Origin: Octopus sinensis
Taxonomy: Eukaryota
NCBI RefSeq assembly: GCF_006345805.1
Contig: NC_043000.1
Coordinates: forward strand, 104,036,001 to 104,100,000
Length of the DNA stretch: 64,000 bases
Reading direction: 5' to 3'
The notes beneath the pieces are model-generated. The model saw only the letters and a program-made list of their open reading frames with translations. It was not told the DNA's origin and ran no database searches. The translations under genes were made by a program, and so were the position numbers. Below are positions 51,941-63,593 of this stretch, piece by piece; the stretch's first letter is position 1, and each line of letters begins with the position of its first letter.

Positions 51941-52693
51941 ATAAAATATAAAAATATATAAATATGTAAGTTCTAGTCTTCTTTCAGACATGAAATATTT
52001 GATAACCTCATCGTACAATGAACCACCTTATTATTAGTTTTGGAAAGAAATTAAGATCAAAGTTATATGATGATATTGTAAGACAAAATTATTGTAAAAC
52101 AGTTAGTTTTAGTTTAGGAATTTTAAATTAAACTTACAACTTCTCGTCATGAAAACAAACATGTGACTGTGTTGTCAAAGCTGTTGTTCACCCTTCACCA
52201 TAAATTTTTTGCCATTCTCCCATTATCCTACAATACACCTGGAACCATATGATGATACAATGTGCTGTGAGATGTGCCAAACAGGGGGTGTAGCAAAAGT
52301 TTTCCATTATGATTTGTGATTAAATTAATGAGTAAGGTTAATATTTATAATGAATTTGCCATTTCCAATGAGTATGCAGTGCACACCTAGCACACCCAGA
52401 GTATATGCTCCTATATATCAAATCATGGTAGCATGGCATCGACCAAACTATTGGATGTTGTTATACATTGCTGGTCACAATGTGCTTCGCATTGTTTTAG
52501 CTTTCAAATGATGCTACTCTGCTGGCTAGGCAAAGAATATCCCTGATCTGAAAGCAACTCCATTGTAGGGTTACCCATTCACAGCTGAGTGGACTGGAGC
52601 ACCATGTTGCCACTAGACGTCTGTAACTGAGGAACCCAAGGAAGGGCAAAATCACATGATCTGACAGTTCCAGCAGACATTTTCATCTGTCAA

Positions 52694-52730
<37 letters not shown>

Positions 52731-52731
<1 letters not shown>

Positions 52732-52953
52732 TTTATTTAAATATAACAAAAGCTGTTACTCAGAGTTTCACGTTCCCGTTCATCAGACAGTTTTGTTACA
52801 ATTTTAACAAAACTGTCCGACGAACGGGAACGTGAAACACTGAGTAACAGCTTTTGTTATATTTCTGCTGCTTTTAAATAAAGCATATTACTCTACCTCT
52901 GGTATTTGAGTACTCTTTTTTCCACCTTGTTTTACATTTATGTGCTTACTCCA

Positions 52954-52955
<2 letters not shown>
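52731..52955. mobile_element. Fold-back PLE-type terminal repeat inserted in (TA)n
   Basis: 60 bp arms 52739-52798 and 52805-52864 with 3 mismatches. The right arm continues through AATAAA to (TA)n at about 52956. The left arm also ends in the complement of AATAAAG at the (TA)n that ends at 52730. Confidence 0.8.
52744..52798 (-). ncRNA. Minimal type I hammerhead ribozyme, intact core
   Basis: uaacaaaacugu CUGAUGA acg-ggaa-cgu GAAA cuc-u-gag UA acag-c-uuuuguua. Stem I has 12 bp with one bulged C, stem II 3 bp with a tetraloop, and stem III is quasi-palindromic. GUA cleavage triplet; predicted cut between 52757 and 52756. Confidence 0.85.
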
Positions 52956-53002
<47 letters not shown>

Positions 53003-54023
53003 CTTACTTGGAAATGGATGCATGGCGTTCAATCAAATAATATATATATATGTGCATTTATATTATTTATATATATATATAGACACTAACATATACATGC
53101 CCATAATTTATGCAACATTTCTTTGTTTACAGAACCTCATGTAGAAACATATAGATTTATTGTGCTTTTTTCTTTTATGTCACCTGCTATACAATTTCAA
53201 ATATTTAAAAATTTAATAATGCTCACATACAAATACTCCTATTTCATACTTGTTGCTTGTGTATAACAGAAAGCAAGGGCTTAATTGTGTGCATGTATAT
53301 GTGTGTATTTGAGTAGTCATGCTTCCTATTATCTTCTTTCATAATAGTTTTGCATCTGCTCTCACTGTTGGCATTGAAAGTTTGGTATTCATTACTTTGG
53401 AACATCCTCTGCACACATACACTCGTGTATGAGAGACCCAACCCACTTATGTACATAAGTGCATATTTCTCTTGATATCATCATCATCATCGCAAATACA
53501 GAAAGAAAGAAGAGTGGAAGAGAGACACATGTATAAACCACTAGCAGCACCAACATTTTCTTGGCTATCTAAAGTGTAAATAATCAGTGATTAAAAGCAT
53601 CAAAGTCTCAAACTGGTTCAACCAAAGGTTGAAGTGTCCCCAGTTCTGTTCAGGATGTATATGTAGGCCACAGGGAAGGAGACAAGATATTATACTTAGT
53701 AGCTTCAAATAAAGTCTTATATGTCAGCAGATGAGAGTCAGGATGCCAGTGCCAAACTTTGTCTACAGTATATCAAACATGGAAATCTCAGATTGATTCC
53801 ACAGTAGTTGAGGCATGACTCAGGACAGTATGTCTCCATTCCTGTTCTGTAATGAGGCTGAACTTTGCCCACTACTTAAAACTGTGACAGCAAATTTGTA
53901 TGTGATTGATTGGAACCAAACACAACAAGAAATATTTAATGGATGAAGAATTGATATAAGAGGTTCAAATGTTCATGTATGTTTAGGCCCATGATGAACA
54001 GAGATTTAGTGATGGCTATATAA

Positions 54024-54239
54024 ACTTTTCTACTCTAGGCACAAGGCCCAAAATTTTGGGGGAGGGGACCAGTCAATTAGATTGACTCCAGTACGCAATT
54101 GGTACTTAATTTATCGACCCCAAAAAGATGAAAGGCAAAGTCAACCTCAGCGGAATTTGAACTCAATGTAAAGAAAGATGAAATGCTGCTAAACATTTCG
54201 CCTGGCGTGCTAACATTTCTGCCAGCTCACTGCCTTTGG
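54024..54239 (-). mobile_element. Family A SINE with 11 bp TSD
   Basis: TSD tggctatataa at 54013-54023 and 54240-54250; complete head-to-tail body. Confidence 0.85.
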
Positions 54240-55264
54240 TGGCTATATAATATCACAACAAATATGGCCATGAACTGGAAAAGCAGGAATTTACATTTAT
54301 AGCTTGACCTTATAGAAATAGCAGCCAAGTTTCCTTTAAATTACACACTACTATCTCAAAAATGGAAGAGCACATCAGATAATGTTGTGTTTAAATTCAC
54401 CATCTTGTCCTTGGATTTCTGTAACTGGATACATTTTACTACAAGTATTTGGTTTAGGGCTCTGATCTGAGAATGACTTCCCTTTTTCTCTCACCAATAT
54501 TGGAGGTGCTGTAAAGGTGCCAGAGCATTTCCCTTTCTCTTATGAGTCTGTCATAACTTTTTTTTTTTAATATCTGACAGAAAAAATAAAAGATAGATTG
54601 ATCACATTTAGGCTTTGATCACCAGCATTGACTTGGAGCTAAACAACAACAAAGACTACCAAGAAGCAGCAAAGTTTGTAACACAGCTTATGAATGGATT
54701 TGCTCTGAGTTTTGATGACAACAATTTAGCTGTTCAATCAAGAATAAAAGAATAAAAAGATGGAAAGAGAGAAGGAAAAAGAAGCATAGAAATTCATAGT
54801 TCAACTTTCCGAAATTATAGGAAACAGAGCATGAGTCCTTAGGTGCAATCCTGCATAGATCCATGAGTGTAAGTATTTAGGTGCAATCCTGCGTAGATCC
54901 ATGTGGGCTAAAGTCCTGATATAGTAGACATCCCAAGAAAAAGACATGAACATAAGCATTCAATAACACAATGCTTTTTTTATGCTTCTTTTTTCTTCTT
55001 TCTTTCGATTTCCTTATTCTTTTGCTCTGTTCCTCTGTGTTGTCATCTTATTGATATATAGCATTCTCATTTTCCATATTTTCACTCCTATTTGTCTCTA
55101 TACTCAGGGATATCCCAGAAACAGCTGTAAAATTTTGAATTTCTTCCTATAATAATATTGTATATGACTTGAGATGTTTGCCTTGCCTTAAGGCTTGACA
55201 TCCTGTTTAACAATTATATATATACATACACACACATATATAAGTAGAGTGAGCTGAGTTATTA

Positions 55265-56327
55265 GCACAACAAACACCATCCGATCGTGGCCGTTCGCCA
55301 GCCTCATCTGGCACTTGTGTCGGTGGCACATAAAAACACCATCCGAAGACCCGGCAAGACTAGTCAGGCCATAACCCGTGGCCCCTACCTGGGACGTAGT
55401 CAGTCCACCTGTGCATACCTTCTTTCTTGTGACACTTGTGAAGACCTGTTGAGGCAAGTGAAAATCAAATCAAATCAAATCAAATCAAAACAAATCAAAA
55501 TAGATGAACATCAATGGAATTTGTATCTTTGTGGTACCAGTGCCGGTGGCACACAAGAAAACTATCCGAACGTGGCCGTAGCCAGTACCGCATTGACTGG
55601 CCTCCGTGCTGTGTGCAAGTAACAAACACCATCCGATCGTGGCCGTTTCACCAGCCTCATCTGGCACCTGTGTCGGTGGCACATAAAAACACCATCTGAA
55701 GACCCGGCAAGACTAGTCAGGCCATAACCCATGGCCCCTACCTGGGACGTAGTCAGTCCACCTGTGCATACCTTCCTTCTTGTGACACTTGTGAAGACCT
55801 GTTGAGGCAAGTGAAAATCAATCAAAACAAATCAAAATAGATGAACATCAATGGAATTTGTATCTTTGTGGTACCAGTGCCGGCGGCACACAAGAAAACC
55901 ATCCGAACGTGGCCGTAGCCAGTACCGCATCGACTGGCCTCCGTGCTGCGGGCACGTAACAAACACCATCCGATCGTGGCCGTTCGCCAGCCTCATCTGG
56001 CACCTGTGTCGGTGGCACATAAAAACACCATCCGAGCGTGGCTGTCTGCCAGCCTCGTCTGGCACCTGTGTCGGTGGCACATAAAAAACACCATCCGAGT
56101 GTGGACGTTCGCCAGCCTCGTCTGGCACCTGTGTCGGTGGCACATAAAATCACCCACTACACTCTCGGAGTGGTTGGCGTTAGGAAGGGCATCCAGCTGT
56201 AGAAACACTGCCAGATCTGACTGGCCTGGTGCAGCCTTCGGGCTCCCCAGACCCCAGTTGAACCGTCCAACCCATGCTAGCATGGAAAACGGACGCTAAA
56301 TGAAATGAATGAATGAATGAATGAATG
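55265..56327 (+). mobile_element. Young RTE-type LINE 3' UTR concatemer (about 350 bp unit twice, then the normal 3' end and (gaat)n tail)
   Basis: Units 55269-55620 and 55621-55967, then three ~60 bp repeats and the standard gcatccagctgtagaaac...ccatgctagcatgg tail. Confidence 0.9.
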
Positions 56328-57698
56328 CCTTGCAATATTTGTTCCCTGCTCTCTATACTTTGAGCTTAAATCCTATTGATGTCAACTTTGCGTTTCATCC
56401 CTTTAGGACCAATAAAGTACCAAACTAATACTGGAGTTGACATTTCATTTTCTCTTTTATTCTCTAGAAGAAATTGATTGTGTTCATATTATAGAAAGTT
56501 GGGCTGAGCTAGTTTAAAATACCCAAGACACTCTATATGTTATAAAAATGCCTTTACATATCTATCAGGAATCAAGCTCCCCACCACCATATACACACAC
56601 AATTACAAAAGGGTACTGACTGTACCTTTGTATAATAAATGATAGGTTTGATTATTTCTCGTTTTCAACATAGAAAACCCAGTATGGTTAAATATTGTGA
56701 ACAAGGGGAAAATATTTGGATTTAGCTAACTTTATTCTTTGATCACACAAATAAAAGAAAGAACCCAACTGGATCTGGCTTCTTAACCTTTATCAACAGA
56801 AATATAGTCTTCACTATTGTTTCCTTTGTAAAAATTTTGGGGGAAATTGTGGTGCCAAGAATTGGAATTAATTGACTATTTAATTATAAAACGAAGTTGA
56901 CCACATAACTAAGTAGGAAAAATGTGAACTTGGTTATTTCCAACATTTTAAAATACTCACAGTAATCTGAAAAGCAGTGATTTCGATAAATATATTAGGG
57001 ATTAACAAACACTATTTTATTTTCAGGCAGCCAGGGGAGACAACTTCAAATGTTTAGTCAGAAATATAACCAACACCACTGCTTACTAGCTTTGATTACT
57101 CTATAGAAATATTTGTAAAGACGCATTGAACGGTGTCAAGAAATTAAATTTATTGATAATTTAATGAAAGCATTAAAAATAATGAAATCCACCTTTTTAT
57201 TACTTAACTGTATGGTTAGCACCATTTTATAATTAGATTATGAATTAATCTCATCTTTTCTCATTCAATGTTTTTCTACAAACAGTTCTGTAGCTAATTC
57301 CTTGAGGCTAAGAAGCAATGACAACAGCTATATGCTTCTGCTGTTAAAATCTAGGAAACCAGAAATGGTTATTATTGTCTTCCTTCATTGCCCAGCCAAA
57401 TAGGAAGCAGCAAACCCCTGTATTTAACCTTACAATAGTTATTTCTGATCTTGAAAAACATTGGAATTAATCAAGCCTAAAAAGTTTTACTGAGCTCACT
57501 GTTTTAATAAAATATGTCCACACTCAGTGTTAATACTTTGAACATTTTATTCTAAGTGACTCTAACTTGATCCCTCTGAGCAGGTAACTCAAGATTTCTT
57601 ACCACTCTCTCTCTCACACTCACACCTACACACACACACACACACATGAATATATTATTATATATATGAGTAAGCTTTGCAGTGCACTTTGAAACACA

Positions 57699-57741
<43 letters not shown>

Positions 57742-59149
57742 CTAGTGAGGCCACTTGCTAGGGAGGCTGTAGGCTTAGGATCTGAAGGAATGTTGTAAAG
57801 CTAAGTACTTTATGGATGTGAAACCCAGGTAACCCCATAGACCAGCCATATCTATCTTCATCTATGTACTCTACTGCTCTATAACTTAGAGAGTGCTTCT
57901 TTTTCGGATTTATGATTTATCAATGATGTGTATGCTTGTGTGGCTGAGGGTGATATGTATGTATGTGTGTGTGTGTGTGTATATACAGAGAGAGAGAGAG
58001 AGAGAGAGAGAATGTATATGATTAAGGGTGATTGAATTCATATGAACAAAAACGGCCTTTTGATATAGTAGTTTACTTCTGTTCAGTTATTCATTGTTTT
58101 TGTATATACATCATCATCTCATCATCACCATCAACTACCTCGAAAATTCTACCATTTCTCCCCACCACCAGTACACCCCCCCCCCCGGCAACACCAGCAG
58201 TAGCAGTTAGCTGGGTGTTTACTACGTTAGATTGTTCTAGATTTTTTTCTCCCCCTCCCTCACTCTCTCCCTCTCTCTAGTTTGATATATCATCTGGGTT
58301 CTGTTGTTGATTGTCTGCCATAAAACGAAATTGTTAGTTTGCTTACAGAAGAAGAAGGTGGAGGGGGTGATGGACGATAAATATAACCCACAACACCCTT
58401 CCACCTTCACTGAAAAACAAAAAATGGGGAAAAAAATTAGAAAACTACTGAAGAAATTAAAATGAAAACTAAGGAAAACAAGTAGAAAAGAGAACAAACA
58501 CCATCACCCCTCTCTTGAACAGAACCTTCCAATTCAAGTACTGTTAGTAGTTGTAGTAGTAGGAGGAGGAAGAGGAGAGGAAGGAGGTGGTGGTGGTGGT
58601 GCAATACTATTGGTTGCAAGTAATGGCAATAGTATTAGTAAAAGCAGTAGAACTAGAAGCAGTATTAGAAGTTACAGTGGTGTTGGTGATGTAATAGTAT
58701 TGGCACTAAGTAAAAGTAGCAGTATCAGCATTGATAAAGTAAGTAGAAATGGTGGTGGTGGTGGTGGTGGTTGCTGTTGTGACTGTGTGATAGTATTGGT
58801 AGCAAGTAGTGGTATTAGTATTGGTATGAACAGTAGCAGCACTGAAGGTGGTGGTGGTGGTGGTGATGTTGTGTATTATTGGTAGTGTTTATGATGTAAT
58901 GGTATTGATAGCAAGTAGTTATAAAAGTATTGGTAAAACAAATAATAGTGGCAGTGGTTGGTGGTGAAGTTAATATAGTTGTATTATTGATAGTTACTGG
59001 TAGTAATACTGATGGTAGCGGTGGTGGTAAGCAGTAGTAGTAGAATAAGGGGAAAAGGCAGGAGAGGCTGTTGTTTATGGTGGATGTGTGTGTGTGTGTG
59101 TGGCAGGGTTTAGGACTGGTATATAGTAGAACTATTTGTGTGTGATGGG

Positions 59150-59560
59150 CACAAGCATGGCTGTGTGGTTAAGAAGATTGCTTTGCAACTAAGTGATTTC
59201 AGGTTCAGTCTCACTATGCAGCACCTTGGGCAAGTGTTTTCTACAATAGCTTCAGGCTGACCAATGCCTTGTCAGTGAATTTGGTAGATGGAAATTGTGT
59301 GAAAGTGCATTATACATACATATAAATGTACATCTGTGTGTGTTTGTGTTAGTTCCCCAATACCATTTGACAACTGGTGTTGATTTGTTTACATTCATGT
59401 AACCTTATAGTTCAACAAAAAAAAAAGACTAATAGAATAAGTACCAACCTTGAAAAATTAAGGACTATGGTCAATTTGTTTGATGAACCCTTCAAGGAGG
59501 TGCCCCAGTATGGCCACAGTCCAATGATTGAACGCATAAAAGATAAGAGACAAAAGATGA
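59150..59560 (+). mobile_element. Family B SINE
   Basis: ggcacaagcatggctgtgtggttaagaag...caggttcagtc...gcaccttgggcaagtg...gtgccccagtatggccacagtccaatgattgaa. Further fragments at 61250-61830, 49415-49570, 44960-45330 and 19085-19230. Confidence 0.8.
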
Positions 59561-59987
59561 TACACACACACATGAATTAGAAATATGTAAAGAGAATAAC
59601 ACAGTAGCCTGTGGCATATATTTAAACAACAAAGACAAATAAGGATATAATAAATACCACACAAGATAAATATTTGATTTATAGAAATTATCTCCAGTTC
59701 TAGATAAGATAGAACAATTGCTTGGTAGCAATTGAGATCAACTCTAAGTGAGAAGTGGGATAATCTCAGGAATCAAGAATTCTACAAAATTGATATGCCA
59801 TTAAGGGTAAGACAGTTTATCTGGAGACAAGAGGACAGCTGTGTACATATGCTTCTGTAATTGCTTTTTTTCTAAAGCATTTGGCAATTATTGAAAATTT
59901 TACTGTGATTTCAATCATTGGGTATGACACCACCCTGTGTTACCTGGTCAATTATATGAGCGATTGGCTTGAGCCCTATTTTTTTAC

Positions 59988-60386
59988 AGATACTTTCAGC
60001 ATCTCAGTGACTATGTCTGATGGACCTGCTGTCTTCCTCATTTATGTCCACTTCAAAAGTTGCTCTCTTTTCTCTTTCCTGCACACACATATTCCACATT
60101 CAACAGCCTTTCCTCATGCTTTTCATTGGTAGTGACAGTAAACTACTGTCATTTCAAACAAACTTCTCCTCAACAATGTCTGACAATGCTTTGCAATCCA
60201 GATCACCTCACACTTCTATCCTCTTGTCCCAGAAGACTTGCTAATCTCCTGCTCTCTACTTCTGTTCAAGCTACACACACTTTTTGTCTAGATTCTCTCT
60301 TAACCAGTCATAGCATATAGTTCTTTCCTGTGCCTTTCCTTCCAGTCTTTCAGGGCCTGTCTTTTAGCTCTAATGGCTCTGTCTAG
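59988..60386 (-). mobile_element. RTE-type LINE ORF2 internal remnant (region just before RT)
   Basis: Minus strand LDRAIRAKRQALKDWK...EERLLNVE...MRKTAGPSDIVTEMLKVS (the K..GP..I..E.LK motif at the start of the RT domain). Confidence 0.7.
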
Positions 60387-61398
60387 TGATACACCACTGC
60401 TGTTCTCCCTTACACCTGACTAGTACCTGGCTCCAGCCACTGAACTAATCTGTAACTTTCAGTGGATTATGAAGAGATTGGTGAATTTGAAGAAAAGAGT
60501 TTACAAGCAATTTCACAATAATGAAATAATGAACCTTATCATATGGGCTGACTTGACAAAAAAAAAATCCTGATTCTTTTGTTGACTGTGTCTTTGGATA
60601 GCAACATGAAGTGGGAACATAAGTAGGGCCTAAAATATGGAATGGCCTACAGAATCATGTGGGGTAAGATGGTAGTTTACAGTATTGCCAGTTGAGGTGT
60701 TATGCAGCTAAATACCCAATGCCTAGCTGGCATTGGACTTAGGAGCAGACCAGTGATTAGTAAACTGCAAAGAGAATCTGAGATGGTTTCTTTCATCTTG
60801 GCTAAGTCACAGGCATGTGAGAGAAAGACCAAAGCTGAGAGCTAAGAACAAATACTCAGCATGCTGTAAAACAAAATAGTTACTGTGCAGTTAGAATTGG
60901 TACAGCTGCACTAACTTTGATCTGGTGGCAGCATGGTTGGAGTAGGTGCAGCTGCACTAAGTCTGGTGTAATAGCTGCATGGCTAACAGCATAATACAAA
61001 AGAACCTGGACATTTCCGAGTGTCATCAAAGCTGCCTGGCACCACAAGAGGAGCCAATGTCGTTAGAGGATACTGAAATTGTAAGGATCTCAAGTTGGCA
61101 GTTGATGAAGTGAGGGTTCCACAAAGTATATTGTGAACGTATATCCATGCATGTGTATTCTTGTATGTGTATGTATAAAGTGAATATTCATTGTGTGGGT
61201 GTTATGAAAATATTCAGTGTGTGTTTATGTATATATATTTACAAACATTTGTTTGTGTGTAATAGAAATATTAATTATGCATATGTGCAATAAATATTTT
61301 GTGATTAAAAGGCTGGCACATTGGACAAATCTTCTACTATAGCCCTGACCCGACCAAAGACTTATAAGTGAATTTAGTGGACAGGAATATGTATGTGA

Positions 61399-61455
<57 letters not shown>

Positions 61456-61941
61456 TTTTTGGCTGTCTTTGACCACTTCCTGTTCAACTGCTTAACAACC
61501 TAGCTGTTCAGCAAAAGAGACTGATAGAATAAATACCAGACTTAGAAATAAATATTGGGATCAATTTCTTCAGTTAAGCCCATCACTGTGCTGCTTTAGC
61601 ATGACTGCTGTACAATGACTGAAACAAGTATAATAAAAAGGTTACATACACTTAAATGTGTGTGTGTGTGTATGTGTGTGTACAAATATGGCAGTGTGGT
61701 TAAAAAGTTTGCTTCCTAAACACAGTTCAAGATTGGATCTTATTGCATGGTACCTTGAACAAGTGTCTTCCACTGTAGCCTTGGGTTGACCAATGTCTTG
61801 TGAGTGACAGATAACTTTATAGAGGCCTGTAGTAAATGTGAGTGTGTGTCTTTACACTGACAGTGCTTGGGCAGGAGTGATGTGCTTATGCCCTGCATTA
61901 ACAAATAAACTGGTAGTTGAGTTGTTTTATGTGGAGAAAAA

Positions 61942-62659
61942 TTGGGTATAAGAGACATCATATGTAGTGTCCAAGAGAGAAGACTGAGTTGGCATGGTCA
62001 TGTAATGTGTATGGATGAGGAAAGCTACATGGAGAAGTGCTGATCTCTAATTGAGCAGAGAACCTGTGGAAGGGGTAGCCCCAGGAAGATATGAGATGAA
62101 GTGGTGAGATATGATCTTTGGGAGGAGATGACAAATGATCGAGATAGCAGGTGATTTTCTGTGCTTGTAAAGATAACGTCAAGATAAGTGAAATTGTGGC
62201 CATCCACACATACATGCATATCCTTTTCAGCCATGCCCCACCTCACACACATCTTCCTTCTTTGTCCTACTGGGGTAACCAAGTATCTCCTCTGCAGTAA
62301 GACATCTATGATAGATGTCCCTCTATCATACTCTAACCTCTCACTTGGTGCTCTGACACCACCCACTTCCTTCAGTTCCACTCTCACTCTCAGCTAAGAG
62401 GTCTTTGTTTTGCAAATTTACTTGGCAACACCACTGGTGCTGGTACTATGTAACAAGCACCTGTACCAGTGCCACGTAAAAAGCACCAGTATACTCTGTA
62501 AAGTTGTTGGCATTTGGAAGGGCATCAAGCCACAGAAACAAAGCCAAAACAGATGACTGGAGCCTGGTGCAGCTTTCCAGCTTGCCAGCATCAGTCAAAC
62601 TGTCCAACCCATGCCAGCATGGAAAACAGACGTTAAATGATGATGATGATGATGATGAT
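61942..62659 (+). mobile_element. RTE-type LINE: ORF2 C-terminus plus 3' UTR and (gat)n tail
   Basis: LGIRDIICSVQERRLSWHGHVMCMDEES...GRGSPRK (RRLRW.GHV.RM and GRGRPRK motifs), followed by the same 3' tail as the short copies. This links those short repeats to an RTE LINE. Confidence 0.8.
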
Positions 62660-63178
62660 TTAAAGTTGTTAAGTAACCGTACAGTGAAGGACTCAGTACC
62701 AACATAGATTACAGTAGTTTATTTAGGCCAATCTAGTAGAATGTTACTCTGGAGTTTCCATGGAGTGCAGTCGCTTCTTCATAACTTACATGTGTGTGTG
62801 TGCATGTGCGCGTGCGTGCGTGCGTCTACAATTCTTTCAGATATGAATTGGCCTTTAAGAAGAGATGAAAAACGAATATATATAGAGTGTGGTAGGGGCG
62901 GTAGAGTCGCCACTGGACTGACAAAGCAAATGATGGTGATGGTGCTGTGGATAAAAGTGGCAATAGCTGAAGTAAATGTACTAGTTACTGCTAGTATACT
63001 TGCGACACCATCAGCAGTAACAACAAGCTAGCACAACGCATACAACACCCACTGCAACAAAAAACAACAGCAACCCATGATCGCAGGGATGGAGAAGCGT
63101 GGAGGATGGCAGATGCTATGCCAACTATTTGTTTAGTGTGATGCATGTGTGCGTGTGCATTATTGCTTAGAACCAAAT

Positions 63179-63179
<1 letters not shown>

Positions 63180-63216
<37 letters not shown>

Positions 63217-63232
63217 TAGTAGTAGTAGTAGT

Positions 63233-63280
<48 letters not shown>
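63180..63280. repeat. (GTA)n microsatellite within a wider GTA/GGT/GCA simple-repeat region (62.9-63.9 kb); a similar region lies at 58.5-59.05 kb
   Basis: Direct reading. Confidence 0.9.
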
Positions 63281-63560
63281 TCGGTGGTGATGATGTGTTT
63301 AGTCTTTGTAAAAGTAGTAAAAGCAGTTTTGGAGTGGTGTTTCCAGTAGTGGTGATGGTGGTGCTCCTTTAGTGGGTGGGTGAGAGGGGTCTATTTGTTT
63401 GTCTTTTTTTAAAGTAGTGACTGTAGCAGCAGTATTTGAGCAGTGTTTTTTTTTTCGTGATGGTGGTGGGGGTGGGGGAGGTTGTATTAGTAGTAGTTGA
63501 TGAAATTACTCTATAAAAGTACTACTATTGGCAACAGCTACTTGGAATGATGATTCTACT

Positions 63561-63593
<33 letters not shown>

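Noticed and set aside
58030-59050. Possible promoter or first-exon regions in simple-repeat-rich, SINE-poor stretches (also 62700-64000, with a GGGGCGG box near 62894)
   Set aside because: Only isolated short motifs; no ATG-donor pair or other support, so not called.
62025-62387. 120 aa minus-strand ORF suggesting an inversion inside the RTE copy
   Set aside because: The same sequence occurs in + orientation in the RTE 3' UTR fragment at 7295-7440, so it is antisense UTR, not coding.
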